Origin: Pseudobdellovibrionaceae bacterium
GTDB lineage: Bacteria > Bdellovibrionota > Bdellovibrionia > Bdellovibrionales > Bdellovibrionaceae
Assembly: GCA_039810425.1 (NCBI GenBank)
Contig: JBDHWW010000022.1
Coordinates: 1-53,700 of the forward strand
Length of the DNA: 53,700 nucleotides
Reading direction: 5' to 3'
Part shown: one piece after another, positions 18,814-28,723 of the stretch
How positions within the stretch are numbered: position 1 is the stretch's first letter
Layout: every line of letters begins with the position of its first letter
The notes under the pieces: generated by a model
The model's input: only the letters and a program-made list of their open reading frames with translations
Database searches by the model: none
What the model was told of the DNA's origin: nothing
Translations under genes and position numbers: made by a program

Positions 18814-20052
18814 ATGTTTCTAGACAAAGCAGATCCAGAGATTTCTAAACTTATTTCTCAAGAACAAGATCGCCAAGAATATGGTCTTGAAATGATTGCT
18901 TCTGAAAATTACACATCGCAAGCTGTAATGGAAGCGCAAGGCTCTTGCCTCACGAATAAGTACGCTGAAGGATATCCCAACAAACGCTACTACGGTGGTT
19001 GCCACTTCGTCGACCTGATTGAAGCTCAGGCCATTGAGCGGGCGAAGAAACTTTTTGGTGTCGCTGCTGCAAACGTTCAACCACACTCGGGTTCGCAAGC
19101 AAACATGGGCGTTTATCTCGCCGCCATGAAGGCCGGCGACACCGTTTTAGGTATGGACCTATCCCACGGAGGGCACCTCACCCACGGGTCGCCTGTGAAT
19201 TTTAGTGGCTTTCTGTTTCACGCCACTTCTTACAAACTGGATCCAACAACGGAGCGTTTGAATTATGATACAATCCTCAAAACCGCCCGCGAAGTAAAAC
19301 CCAAATTGATCATCGCAGGCTATAGTGCCTATCCACGCATCTTGGATTTTACGAAGTTCAAGGAAATCGCCGACGATGTTGGGGCCCAATTGATGGTGGA
19401 TATGGCGCACTTTGCGGGCTTGGTTGCCACCGGTGCTCACCCCACTCCCGTTGGTTACGCGGACTATATCACAACGACGACTCACAAAACTTTGCGTGGC
19501 CCACGTGGCGGCATGATCTTATGCTCTGAAGAAAAATTGAAATCTATAAATTCAAAGATCTTCCCAGGCATTCAAGGGGGCCCGCTAGAGCACGTGATTG
19601 CCGGCAAAGCCGTTGCTTTCGGCGAAGCCCTGAAGCCGGACTTCAAAAAATACATCGAAAATGTGGTGACCAATGCAAAAACATTGGCGGAAGCTCTGAT
19701 GTCTGAAGGCTTCAAACTTGTGACGGGCGGGACCGACAATCACTTGATGTTGATCGACCTCAGTGATCGCGAGATCACTGGAAAATTAGCGGAAGCTTCT
19801 TTGGATGAAGCCGGCATTACGGTGAACAAAAACACGGTTCCGAATGAAAAACGTTCGCCTTTTGTAACCAGCGGCATTCGTATCGGCACTCCGGCGCTCA
19901 CAACACGCGGAATGAACGCTTCTGATATGAGGCAAATTGCAAAATGGATCGGACAGGTTTTGAACAATCCAGAAGATGCTGTGCTCAAAACTCGAATCAA
20001 AAACGACGTGAAAACACTTTGCACGAAGTATCCGATTTACAAATCTCTTTAG
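18814..20052 (+). CDS. glyA: Serine hydroxymethyltransferase
   Basis: [21 protein letters not shown]. Confidence 0.98.
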   Translation: MFLDKADPEISKLISQEQDRQEYGLEMIASENYTSQAVMEAQGSCLTNKYAEGYPNKRYYGGCHFVDLIEAQAIERAKKLFGVAAANVQPHSGSQANMGVYLAAMKAGDTVLGMDLSHGGHLTHGSPVNFSGFLFHATSYKLDPTTERLNYDTILKTAREVKPKLIIAGYSAYPRILDFTKFKEIADDVGAQLMVDMAHFAGLVATGAHPTPVGYADYITTTTHKTLRGPRGGMILCSEEKLKSINSKIFPGIQGGPLEHVIAGKAVAFGEALKPDFKKYIENVVTNAKTLAEALMSEGFKLVTGGTDNHLMLIDLSDREITGKLAEASLDEAGITVNKNTVPNEKRSPFVTSGIRIGTPALTTRGMNASDMRQIAKWIGQVLNNPEDAVLKTRIKNDVKTLCTKYPIYKSL

Positions 20053-20056
20053 AGGG

Positions 20057-20092
20057 AAAAATCGACTTATCACTCTAGCAGTATCGATTTTT
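20057..20092 (+). terminator. Weak hairpin after glyA
   Basis: AAAAATCGA...TCGATTTTT. Confidence 0.4.
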
Positions 20093-20278
20093 AGAATAAA
20101 AATATGGAATCTTTCATTTGAAAACATCCGCATTTCGGCTCCTGGACTGATCTTCCGGCCTAAAAACTATTGTCTAGAAATGGGGCCTCTTCTCCGCTCT
20201 ATTTCGCAAACGCTTCTTAGCGTCAAAAATGGGGCTTTTATTTTTGGAGAATGTCCCGACATGGGATATAGTTTACCT

Positions 20279-20887
20279 ATGCCAAAACAGAATGTTTTAA
20301 AACTCACGCTGGCTTTTCTCGCACTGACGATTTTCGGATCCTGCTCGACCTTTGACACCCCCGTTTCCCGTTCACTTCAGACTGCTTCTTTGAGCGCGCC
20401 TGATTTCCGTGCAGACAATAAGAACCTTGAAGACGTTAAAAAAATTCAATTCGCCGACAAAACAGATTTGTTTGATTGGCCTGTGGATGATGCTCGTATG
20501 ACCCGTGGATTCCTGCCCAAAAAACGCCGCCCCCATTTGGGAATTGATCTCGCGGCAAAACGGGGAACGCCTATTTTGGCAGCCCAAGGTGGTTTAGTGA
20601 TCTACACCGGCCGCGAATTCCGTGGTTATGGAAAAATGATTTTAGTCGAGTCCGGCAAAGGCTGGGCAACGCTATACGCTCATATGGATAAAATCCTTGT
20701 TCAAGAAGGCCAAAAGGTCACTCAGGGCCAGATCCTCGGCGCCATGGGGCGAACAGGCCGCGCTACCGGAGTGCATTTACATTTTGAGATTCGCAAAGAC
20801 CGCGGACCGATTGATCCATTACCCCTCTTACCCAATGGCCACAAAGTCGCAAACTACATGAAGAGTCGCGATCTCAGCCGTAACTGA
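20279..20887 (+). CDS. M23 family metallopeptidase lipoprotein
   Basis: Lipobox FGSC, HLGID (HxxxD), YAHM, HLHFE; start codon uncertain (20261 or 20279). Confidence 0.88.
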   Translation: MPKQNVLKLTLAFLALTIFGSCSTFDTPVSRSLQTASLSAPDFRADNKNLEDVKKIQFADKTDLFDWPVDDARMTRGFLPKKRRPHLGIDLAAKRGTPILAAQGGLVIYTGREFRGYGKMILVESGKGWATLYAHMDKILVQEGQKVTQGQILGAMGRTGRATGVHLHFEIRKDRGPIDPLPLLPNGHKVANYMKSRDLSRN

Positions 20888-20957
20888 TTCTTAACAAACA
20901 CTCTCCCCGTCTATTTTTAAGACAGCAGAACTGGACTTTTGTGAGAGTATTCCGCTT

Positions 20958-20984
20958 TCAGGAAATCGCTTTTTTTTCCGATAG
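20958..20984 (+). promoter_or_regulatory. Probable sigma-28 promoter
   Basis: TCAG-N15-TCCGATAG upstream of 21020. Confidence 0.55.
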
Positions 20985-21019
20985 GAACTACTGAAAGATT
21001 TAGTTTTCAGGAGCTTATC

Positions 21020-22168
21020 ATGTCGCTTAGAACTCTTAAAAAAGGCGAGACTCTCTATACAGAGGGCGAGAAGATTACCAACGTCTATCTTATCCAGTCT
21101 GGCGCAATCAATCTATGCCTGACCCGCAATAAAAAAAATACCGACATGTTCCAAGTGGGCTCGACTCAGATTCTGGGTGAGCAAGTAATTATTGGTCAAG
21201 GCACCCACACGACCTCGGCGATCGCAACGACTGAAACCAAGGTCCTCGAGATCCCAGCAGACGCCTTTAAAGCTCAATACGAAACCGGTCAGCAGATGTT
21301 TAAGATCATCATCAAGAGCCTGACCGAGCGCCTTAAAACAGCGACTGCGGAAGTTAAATCCAATCGCATGGAAAAAGACGCGGCTCCTTGTCCTGAAGAC
21401 CAAATCGCGAAAGCTTTCGGCGTCGCCTTTCACACCGCAAATCATAAGGGTGAAAAGAAAGAGGGCCGCACGGTCATCGATTGGGGCCTTTTCCGCCAGT
21501 ACTCCCAGCGCGTGTTTGGCGAATCTCTGAAGCGCCTTGAAGGGACCGTGAATCTTCTCGTGAAATTAAAACTTGCAATGTATGAAATGGGCAAAGACCC
21601 CGACGATCCCGAAGGCCCTGAGATGATCCAAAAGGTTCACTTCTTTGATCTGCAGGCGATTGAAAACTTTTTTGAGTTCTATCAATACTACTACTTCAAA
21701 GGTGGCAAATCAGAAGTTCTGAAAATTGAAGATACCGTTGTAAACATCCTGGGCGGTCTTATCGCCTGCACGGAAGGTCAGCCACTGGATCGTTTTGGGG
21801 TTGTCAGCGTTGAATTCCCAAAGGTCGTTGAGCACTTTAAAAACGAACTCGGTATGAACTTTACTCCGGACACGCTGACTCGCCTGGAAAACAAAGGTCT
21901 TTTCACAAAACGCCGTACAAATTCCAATAACGATGTACAACTGCAATTTGAGCTCAAAGAGTTCACCGGATTCTTCAAAAATTGGCGCATTCTTCGTGAA
22001 GTCGACAGGTGGAACGAAAAAGGTTTCGTGGATCCCTCTGAACCGGAAAAGAAACCGGTTAAGAAGGCTGCTGCCGGCCCTAGCTGCCCATCTTGCAGCG
22101 CAAGTGTCACTTTAGATCAAAAGTTCTGTGGCGAATGCGGCCACAAATTAGAAGCCAAAGCGGCATAG
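21020..22168 (+). CDS. Cyclic-nucleotide-binding domain protein with C-terminal zinc ribbon
   Basis: GETLYTEGE...YLIQSG...LGE (CAP fold); CPSC...CGEC. Confidence 0.85.
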   Translation: MSLRTLKKGETLYTEGEKITNVYLIQSGAINLCLTRNKKNTDMFQVGSTQILGEQVIIGQGTHTTSAIATTETKVLEIPADAFKAQYETGQQMFKIIIKSLTERLKTATAEVKSNRMEKDAAPCPEDQIAKAFGVAFHTANHKGEKKEGRTVIDWGLFRQYSQRVFGESLKRLEGTVNLLVKLKLAMYEMGKDPDDPEGPEMIQKVHFFDLQAIENFFEFYQYYYFKGGKSEVLKIEDTVVNILGGLIACTEGQPLDRFGVVSVEFPKVVEHFKNELGMNFTPDTLTRLENKGLFTKRRTNSNNDVQLQFELKEFTGFFKNWRILREVDRWNEKGFVDPSEPEKKPVKKAAAGPSCPSCSASVTLDQKFCGECGHKLEAKAA

Positions 22169-22228
22169 ACGCTTGAACCCATCCATCAAGGCTCAATGAT
22201 TTTCAACTTCTGTTGATTTCTCACAACA

Positions 22229-22257
22229 AAAAAAAGAGCCATTTAGGCTCTTTTTTT
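22229..22257. terminator. Bidirectional terminator
   Basis: AAAAAAAGAGCC-attta-GGCTCTTTTTTT between convergent genes. Confidence 0.85.
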
Positions 22258-22281
22258 CTATTTCTGATTTTGCGATTTCAC

Positions 22282-23223
22282 TTAGAACGAGAATGCGCTC
22301 GTCAATGCGTAGCTGATGTTTTCCTCTTGAATATCCTGGCCAGCTGCTATTTTTTGGAAATCCTTTACTTTTGCACTCTCAACGCTAATTTCTGGATTCA
22401 ACTGGATTTTACCACCAGCCAAAGTGAAATATGTACCTACAGCAGTCAACAATGCTTCTTCATTCAGAGTCATGGAAGACGTCTTCCAGCGGTGTTTGTA
22501 TCCACCGTATGTATATGCTGTCACAGTATCATTGAAATTATAGTATAAGCTCGCGTAGTGAATCAAAGTTGTCTTAGAGAAAACCGGAGACACTTTACCC
22601 TCAGCCGCAACGATCTCTCCGTTAGGAATGAGGTTTTGACGTGGATTGAAGTAATAAGACACAGTCCATTTAGGACTCAATGTGTAAGCGAGCTCCATGT
22701 CCAAGCGAACTTGACCATTTGAACGGGCGTCACGAGAAGCATCTGAATTCGGGATGTAGTACCACAACATTGCAGAAATTGGATCCGACTTCAAAACACC
22801 ATCCATATTACGAGTGTATGTTAAAGCGGTATCTATCATTGTCGATTTGTATTCACCAGAGGGACCATCGCGGTCTACAGTTAAATACTGACGAACACCC
22901 AAACGGTTTTTAGCATCAATTTTATAACCACCGCCAATGTAGTTGATTGTGTTCAAAGACTTAGAATGAATATTCGAATAGTTTATTTGATCGGCAGTGG
23001 CTGCCGTCTGATTTACGAAAGTCACGGACCAGGATTTGCCAGCAGTCGCAGCGGCTTCAGGATCAGCAACAACAGTTGCCGACTGACCGTTTGCAGCTAC
23101 TACCGTTGTTCCAGCAGCAGGAGCAACTGCATTGGTGGTTGAAGGTGCTGCTGCATTGTTATTTTGAGCGTTTGCAGCAGTTGCAAGGATCGCAAGAGCG
23201 GCGATTGCAAAAATTCTTTTCAT
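22282..23223 (-). CDS. Probable outer-membrane beta-barrel protein
   Basis: Signal peptide MKRIFAIAALAILATAANA, Ala/Thr-rich linker, amphipathic aromatic strands, terminal YALTSAFSF; RBS supports ATG at 23223. Confidence 0.75.
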   Translation of the reverse strand: MKRIFAIAALAILATAANAQNNNAAAPSTTNAVAPAAGTTVVAANGQSATVVADPEAAATAGKSWSVTFVNQTAATADQINYSNIHSKSLNTINYIGGGYKIDAKNRLGVRQYLTVDRDGPSGEYKSTMIDTALTYTRNMDGVLKSDPISAMLWYYIPNSDASRDARSNGQVRLDMELAYTLSPKWTVSYYFNPRQNLIPNGEIVAAEGKVSPVFSKTTLIHYASLYYNFNDTVTAYTYGGYKHRWKTSSMTLNEEALLTAVGTYFTLAGGKIQLNPEISVESAKVKDFQKIAAGQDIQEENISYALTSAFSF

Positions 23224-23362
23224 TATGTTTCCCCTTTTTTTAACCCCTGGACTTCCTTTGCCGATCTGAGTTTTACAACTCTCACCGACTCCCCCGTACC
23301 AGCAGTAGTGTTTTTGAACCTGGTTCCAAACTGAACCCACCGGCTTTGACAAATCCACAGTT

Positions 23363-23377
23363 GCAATGAAGGTGCCA
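23363..23377 (-). promoter_or_regulatory. Sigma-54 promoter
   Basis: TGGCAC-cttca-TTGC on the minus strand. Confidence 0.8.
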
Positions 23378-23410
23378 AAGTTTGGCACCCTTTGCAAGAG
23401 CAAATATTTT

Positions 23411-24055
23411 CTAAATACGTGAACTAAAGCGATGCTTTAACGCAGTTATGAGCATTGGTAGAAAAGAGACACCAATCACGGTAAAAATTACCACATGGAA
23501 GTTATTTTTGACACTTGGAAGGTTGCCAAAATAGAAGCCGGCCCCCAAAAAAGTGGTCATCCACAGTAAAGAACCAGTAATGCTGAAGGTTAAAAATTTA
23601 CTTAAACTCATGCGTCCAACCCCGGCCACAAAAGGCACGAAGGTTCTAAAGATCGGCATAAAACGCGCGAGCAACACGGTTTTCCCGCCGTGGTCACGAT
23701 AGAATTCCTGGGTTTGCTCAAGATATTTCGGGTTTAAAAAGAGTGACTTCTCGCGGCTGAAAACCTTTGGTCCCAAAAAGCGCCCGATTTGATAGTTCGT
23801 ATTGTCCCCAAGAATTGCTGCGGTAACCAGTAATACCCACAAAGTTGTGATACTGAGACCACTGCTCTCTATGCTCGCCAGCGCGCCGGCCGCAAATAAC
23901 AAAGAATCCCCTGGCAAAAACGGCGTCACCACAAGGCCTGTTTCAGCAAAGATGATTAAGAATAGGATCACATAAATCAGCGTCCCATAGGTCGCGGACA
24001 GCTGCGCCAAGTGAACATCCAAGTGCATAAAGATATCGATAATATGTGCAAGCAT
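23411..24055 (-). CDS. dedA: DedA family membrane protein
   Basis: FAETGLVVTPFLPGDSLLF, ARFMPIFRTF. Confidence 0.95.
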   Translation of the reverse strand: MLAHIIDIFMHLDVHLAQLSATYGTLIYVILFLIIFAETGLVVTPFLPGDSLLFAAGALASIESSGLSITTLWVLLVTAAILGDNTNYQIGRFLGPKVFSREKSLFLNPKYLEQTQEFYRDHGGKTVLLARFMPIFRTFVPFVAGVGRMSLSKFLTFSITGSLLWMTTFLGAGFYFGNLPSVKNNFHVVIFTVIGVSFLPMLITALKHRFSSRI

Positions 24056-24106
24056 AGTGTCCCCAGACTAGGGGGGATCTTTAGGATTAGCAAGCCGAGA
24101 GACAAT

Positions 24107-24139
24107 AAAAAAAGCCCTTTGGGGGAAAAGGGCTTTTTT
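24107..24139 (-). terminator. Rho-independent terminator
   Basis: AAAAAAAGCCCTTT...AAAGGGCTTTTTT. Confidence 0.8.
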
Positions 24140-24171
24140 AGGGGGTTCATTGGAGGAAAACTATTTTTTAA

Positions 24172-24720
24172 TTATGGCACAACCGCTCGGTCAAATGTAT
24201 TAATAATGTCTTGTATCGACATGAACTCATTTGCGCCCAAAGACATTGCCATATCGCGGACCGAGTTTGTATTTGTATAGTAGAAGTACTTTCGCATCGC
24301 CATCTGCTTAATGCGCTGATTGCCACGAGTGATTTCAACCACCAAGTAGTAAGGACTGCAAACCTCAGACCCGCACACGCCGCTAACTTGGAAAGTGGCG
24401 CCGTCGAAGTTCGCTGACGTCGAAGAAACTTGTCCCGGAGTGGAATGACTCGTGTCGATTTGATAGTTTTTATTATTTACGCTGATTTGAGAACTCACAG
24501 TATACATGCCATTATTCCATACCGGCGGTTGAATTCCCATAATATCCACGGTGTAACCGGCTGCCGCCGCCGCCGCATCGGCGTTCGCGGCCTGCTCACC
24601 ATTCACAATGGGAGCGCCAGCACCATTTTTTCTCGCTGCGAATTCACTATCCCGCTTCGCACAAGCCGTGAGGCTGACAGAGACAGCGAGAATATAAAGA
24701 TAAATTTTTGCATTTTTCAT
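24172..24720 (-). CDS. Hypothetical lipoprotein
   Basis: Lipobox LTAC; start at 24720 ATG or 24729 GTG. Confidence 0.8.
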   Translation of the reverse strand: MKNAKIYLYILAVSVSLTACAKRDSEFAARKNGAGAPIVNGEQAANADAAAAAAGYTVDIMGIQPPVWNNGMYTVSSQISVNNKNYQIDTSHSTPGQVSSTSANFDGATFQVSGVCGSEVCSPYYLVVEITRGNQRIKQMAMRKYFYYTNTNSVRDMAMSLGANEFMSIQDIINTFDRAVVP

Positions 24721-24771
24721 GAAACCCACAAAAGCTCCCAGTTAAATAATCATCCTTCACCACTCAAAAGA

Positions 24772-24825
24772 GCAAAAGACAAACCATGACGTGCCACCCG
24801 AAAGACAATCCGTAAGCCACTGATT
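24772..24825 (-). promoter_or_regulatory. Sigma-54-like promoter with upstream IHF-like site
   Basis: TGGTTT-gtctt-TTGC (24772-24786, GG-N10-GC); AATCAG-TGGC-TTA (24813-24825). Confidence 0.5.
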
Positions 24826-24943
24826 TTAGAGGGGAATTAAGATCCGTCCCAAAATGGCACGCGCCCCTCTCAAATGCACTGAAGAGCGGTAGCGACTTTT
24901 TAGGCCCTCTTTCGTTTAGAGTCTGGACATCTTAAAAGCCTTT

Positions 24944-24958
24944 GTCTCAAATTGAGAT
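24944..24958. promoter_or_regulatory. Palindromic motif, copy 3
   Basis: GTCTCA-AAT-TGAGAT, identical to copy 2. Confidence 0.65.
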
Positions 24959-25032
24959 TGCCGGTTAAACTAGAACAAATGCCGCCATGATGGCGTAAGA
25001 TCACCGTGATTGACTCAATTAGGAAGAATGAG

Positions 25033-26175
25033 ATGAGTTCAAAACTAAATAAAGGCTTGGTTCTCTCTGGGGGCGGCGCCCGTGGCGCCTATCAAGTAGG
25101 GGTCCTTTCCGCGATTGCAGATATCGCCCAATCGGCCGGCATCAAAGAGGCTTTTAATATCTACACCGGAGTCAGCGCCGGCGCGATCAATGCCACCTTC
25201 ATGGCCGCAGGAGCCGACGACTTCGTCAGCTCCACTAAAAATCTTGTAAATCTATGGAGCCGCCTTGAAAGCGAACGTGTTTTTTATTCGGACATTGGCT
25301 CCATCGGAAAAATCGGCTTCAGTTGGGTGAAGTCAGTCTCCATCGGCGGCATGACGTCAGCGACTCCAGGCCAAGCGCTGCTTGACACAGCTCCTTTGCA
25401 TCAGCTTCTCAGAGAAGAGCTGCCCTTTGCTAAAATCCAAAACAACATCGACAACGGCGTTTTAAAAGCGCTTGCGATCACGGCAATGGATTATCAAGCA
25501 TCAACGGCCATTACTTTTGTACAAGGCGAAGCGGGGTTGCCGGACTGGCAAAAAAGCCGCCGCCTCAGTGAAAAAACCAACATTCAATCTGAACATGTCA
25601 TGGCCTCTTCCGCGATCCCGTTGCTTTTCCCGCCTATAGGCGTGGACACGCGCTATTTTGGTGATGGTTGCGTGAGAAACACGGCCCCCTGCAGTCCGAG
25701 TATTTATCTTGGCTCGCAAAAGATTCTTGTGATCGGTGTGCGTCGCTCAACACAAACTGTGTATGAGTCTCTTGTCATGAAGAACGGGAAAGCTCCGAGC
25801 ATCGGCCGCGTGTTGAACGTGCTTTTGAATTCCGTCATGCTTGACGGGGTTGAACTCGACGTCGAAAGGCTCGGTAAAATCAACTCACTGATTGATGAAA
25901 TCCCGCCGGCGGTTCATACCAATTTGCCTTATAAAAAAGTTGATGTCGTTTGGGTATCACCTTCGGCCGATATCGGTGAAATCGCCGCGCAAAAACATAT
26001 GAAGCTTCCGCACATCATCCGCTACCTGTTGAAAGGCCTTGGCAGCATTCAAGAGACCAGCGAGATTGTGAGTTATCTGTTATTTGACCCTTCTTTCTGC
26101 ACTCAACTCATCGAGATCGGCTATGAAGATGGCATGAGACAAAAAGAAGAGATTCAAAAATTCCTTGAATCCTAA
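25033..26175 (+). CDS. Patatin-like phospholipase
   Basis: GGGARG, GVSAG, ASSAIP, DGC (variant of DGG). Confidence 0.92.
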   Translation: MSSKLNKGLVLSGGGARGAYQVGVLSAIADIAQSAGIKEAFNIYTGVSAGAINATFMAAGADDFVSSTKNLVNLWSRLESERVFYSDIGSIGKIGFSWVKSVSIGGMTSATPGQALLDTAPLHQLLREELPFAKIQNNIDNGVLKALAITAMDYQASTAITFVQGEAGLPDWQKSRRLSEKTNIQSEHVMASSAIPLLFPPIGVDTRYFGDGCVRNTAPCSPSIYLGSQKILVIGVRRSTQTVYESLVMKNGKAPSIGRVLNVLLNSVMLDGVELDVERLGKINSLIDEIPPAVHTNLPYKKVDVVWVSPSADIGEIAAQKHMKLPHIIRYLLKGLGSIQETSEIVSYLLFDPSFCTQLIEIGYEDGMRQKEEIQKFLES

Positions 26176-28061
26176 ATTTCCACCTGAATACCCACTTCGA
26201 TCACCTGATTCGGCGGGATCTTAAAGAAGGCCGTGGGGCGCTGGGCATTTTTAGACATGATCGCAAAAATCTTTTCACGCCACAAGCTCATGCCTGGAAT
26301 CGTGCTTGGCAAGATGGTCTCGCGTCCCAGCACAAATGTCGTCTCGGTGACATTGAAGTGAATATCACGCTGGCGGCAAGCTTCGAGAATGTGTTTCATT
26401 TTCGGCGTCTCCATGAAGCCGTAGTAGACGATAATGCGGTAAAGATTCGGAATTATTTCCTGAATGATCACACGCTCTTTCTTCGGAACAAAGGGCTCGT
26501 CCTTCGTTTGAATTGTCAGAATCGCGACACGTTCGTGCAAAACTTTATTATGTTTTAGATTATGTAACAAAGGCACGGGAATTCCGGAAGGATCGCCAGC
26601 CATGTAAATGGCCGTGCCGGTCACGCGCAAAGGCGGCGTCCGAAGAATCATCTGGCAGAACTCTTCGATGGAAACCGAGCGCTCTTTCAAGCGGGCGTAT
26701 AAAATCTTACGACCCTTATGCCACGTCACCATTAGCATATAAATGACCGACGCCATAACCAGTGGCACCCAACCACCATGGGTGACCTTCATGATATTGG
26801 CACCGAAGAAAGCAATATCAAAAACAAAAAGAAGGCCAAATACCAAAAGCGCCCGGCCAAAACCCCAGTTCCAGCGCCGAATCGCCACTTCATAGGCAAG
26901 CAGCGTGGTGATCACCATCGTGCCTGTGACGGCAATACCATAAGCCGCCGCCAAGTTGCTCGAAGATTTAAACGTTAGCACAAGCCAAATCACGCCCACA
27001 AAAAGAGCCCAGTTCACAAATGGCACATAGATCTGACCGATCTCGCGGCTTGACGTGTGGACCGTCGAAAGGCGCGGACAGAAACCCAATTGAACCGCCT
27101 GACGGGTCAAAGAGAATATCCCTGAAACCAAAGCTTGAGAGGCAATGACCGTCGCCATGGTTGCAAGAATCACCATCGGCGCAAGCGCCCACTTCGGCGC
27201 CAGCATGTAAAATGGATTTGAAATGGCCTCAGGACTAACAAGTAGCAGAGCCCCTTGGCCGAAATAGTTCAGCACGAGGGCCGGCAAGGCAACAAGAAAC
27301 CACGCAAGGCGAATCGGCCGACGGCCAAAGTGCCCCATATCTGCGTAAAGCGCCTCGCCCCCCGTGATCACAAGGACGACGGAACCAAGAACCACAAAAC
27401 CGTGCGCTCCATGGCGCATAAAGAATTCAAGCGCATGAAGAGGATTCACCGCCTCCAGGACCGCTGGATTCTCCACGATTCCATGCAAACCCAAAACACC
27501 AAGAACGCCGAACCAAATCAGCAAAATCGGACCAAAGATCACGCCAATTCTGCCGGTTCCAAATCTCTGCATCAGGAAGAAAGCATTGAGAATAAAAATT
27601 GTCAGGGGAATCACATAGGGCTCAAACGCCGGAGTGAGGTAGTACAAACCTTCAACTGCGGACAAAACCGAGATCGCCGGCGTGATCACCCCATCTCCGT
27701 AAAGAAGAGCGGCGCCAAAAAGGCCCAGCGTGATGATCACGATTTTACGGATCGGGTGCTCTTTCGTTTCGCTGCTTGAAGCCAGGGCCATGAGCGAAAG
27801 AATCCCGCCCTCACCTTTATTATCGGCCTTCATCACAACGGCCATGTACTTAAAGCAAATGGCAATAATGATGGTCCAAAAGATCAACGACAGGACACCG
27901 ATGATATTGTCTGGGCTCAACGGAATGGCATGCTCCTCAGCGAAGCATTCTCTTAAGGCGTAAAGAGGGCTCGTCCCGATGTCTCCAAACACCACGCCGA
28001 TGGCTCCCAGAGCGAGCATCCAAATATTTCTTGTGTGTTTGTTATGAGCCAAGGGTTGCAT
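26172..28061 (-). CDS. kup: Kup potassium uptake transporter
   Basis: GVVFGDIGTSPLY, GGEALYADMGHF, AAAYGIAV. Confidence 0.97.
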   Translation of the reverse strand: MQPLAHNKHTRNIWMLALGAIGVVFGDIGTSPLYALRECFAEEHAIPLSPDNIIGVLSLIFWTIIIAICFKYMAVVMKADNKGEGGILSLMALASSSETKEHPIRKIVIITLGLFGAALLYGDGVITPAISVLSAVEGLYYLTPAFEPYVIPLTIFILNAFFLMQRFGTGRIGVIFGPILLIWFGVLGVLGLHGIVENPAVLEAVNPLHALEFFMRHGAHGFVVLGSVVLVITGGEALYADMGHFGRRPIRLAWFLVALPALVLNYFGQGALLLVSPEAISNPFYMLAPKWALAPMVILATMATVIASQALVSGIFSLTRQAVQLGFCPRLSTVHTSSREIGQIYVPFVNWALFVGVIWLVLTFKSSSNLAAAYGIAVTGTMVITTLLAYEVAIRRWNWGFGRALLVFGLLFVFDIAFFGANIMKVTHGGWVPLVMASVIYMLMVTWHKGRKILYARLKERSVSIEEFCQMILRTPPLRVTGTAIYMAGDPSGIPVPLLHNLKHNKVLHERVAILTIQTKDEPFVPKKERVIIQEIIPNLYRIIVYYGFMETPKMKHILEACRQRDIHFNVTETTFVLGRETILPSTIPGMSLWREKIFAIMSKNAQRPTAFFKIPPNQVIEVGIQVEI

Positions 28062-28648
28062 TATTTCGCAGCTTTTTGCGCCAAATGGCTGTTAGCATCG
28101 AGTTTTGCGTCTTTGAGGGCCTTACAGAATTTTTGGAAACCCACAACTTGAGCCTTCAAAAGATCTTGCATCACAGGATCCAGAGGGACACCATCCTTTA
28201 CCACCTTGTGCACGTTCATCAAGAACACGCGTTGTGGATAGATAAACGCGTTTCTGTAGCCAAAGACCTGCTGCAGATGTTCGACAGGCCTCATGCCGCC
28301 AAACATTCCCCCCAGACCCACGAACGCCACGGGGCGGAACTCGAAAGAGTCAGGAAACTTCATGTGATCAATATAGTACTTCAAAATGCCCGGCATGGAG
28401 CCATTGTACTCCGGACAAACCACGATCAAACCGTCGGCGCGAACAACCTTGCTGATTTCTGCTTGTAAACTGCTGGGCTGGTTTGAACCATAGTGAGGTC
28501 CCGTTGCCAATTCGCCGCGAATTTCACGCATATCGATCAAACCAACTTCTTCACCCGCCTCTTTGTACAAGGTTTGGATGTACTTTGAAATTTTCATCGT
28601 GTTAGAGTCCGCGCGATCGGTCCCGGAAATCACATACTTCATAAACAA
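28061..28648 (-). CDS. NADPH-dependent FMN reductase
   Basis: SGTDR, PEYNGSMPGILK. Confidence 0.9.
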   Translation of the reverse strand: MFMKYVISGTDRADSNTMKISKYIQTLYKEAGEEVGLIDMREIRGELATGPHYGSNQPSSLQAEISKVVRADGLIVVCPEYNGSMPGILKYYIDHMKFPDSFEFRPVAFVGLGGMFGGMRPVEHLQQVFGYRNAFIYPQRVFLMNVHKVVKDGVPLDPVMQDLLKAQVVGFQKFCKALKDAKLDANSHLAQKAAK

Positions 28649-28723
28649 ATTTGTCCTTTAACCTGATTTGACAATAATCTTCTCGTTAGTTCTAATAATC
28701 AAGAAGGAACTCATAAGCGGGGG

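Noticed and set aside
16113..19485. Long antisense ORFs over fabG, acpP, fabF and glyA (likewise over nrdA, kup and dppA)
   Set aside because: Shadow frames of well-supported genes caused by codon bias; no motifs or RBS
20140..20190. CCGGCCTAAA resembling the second stem of a c-di-GMP-I riboswitch
   Set aside because: The first hairpin (GCAAA...GAAA...GACGCAAA) is absent
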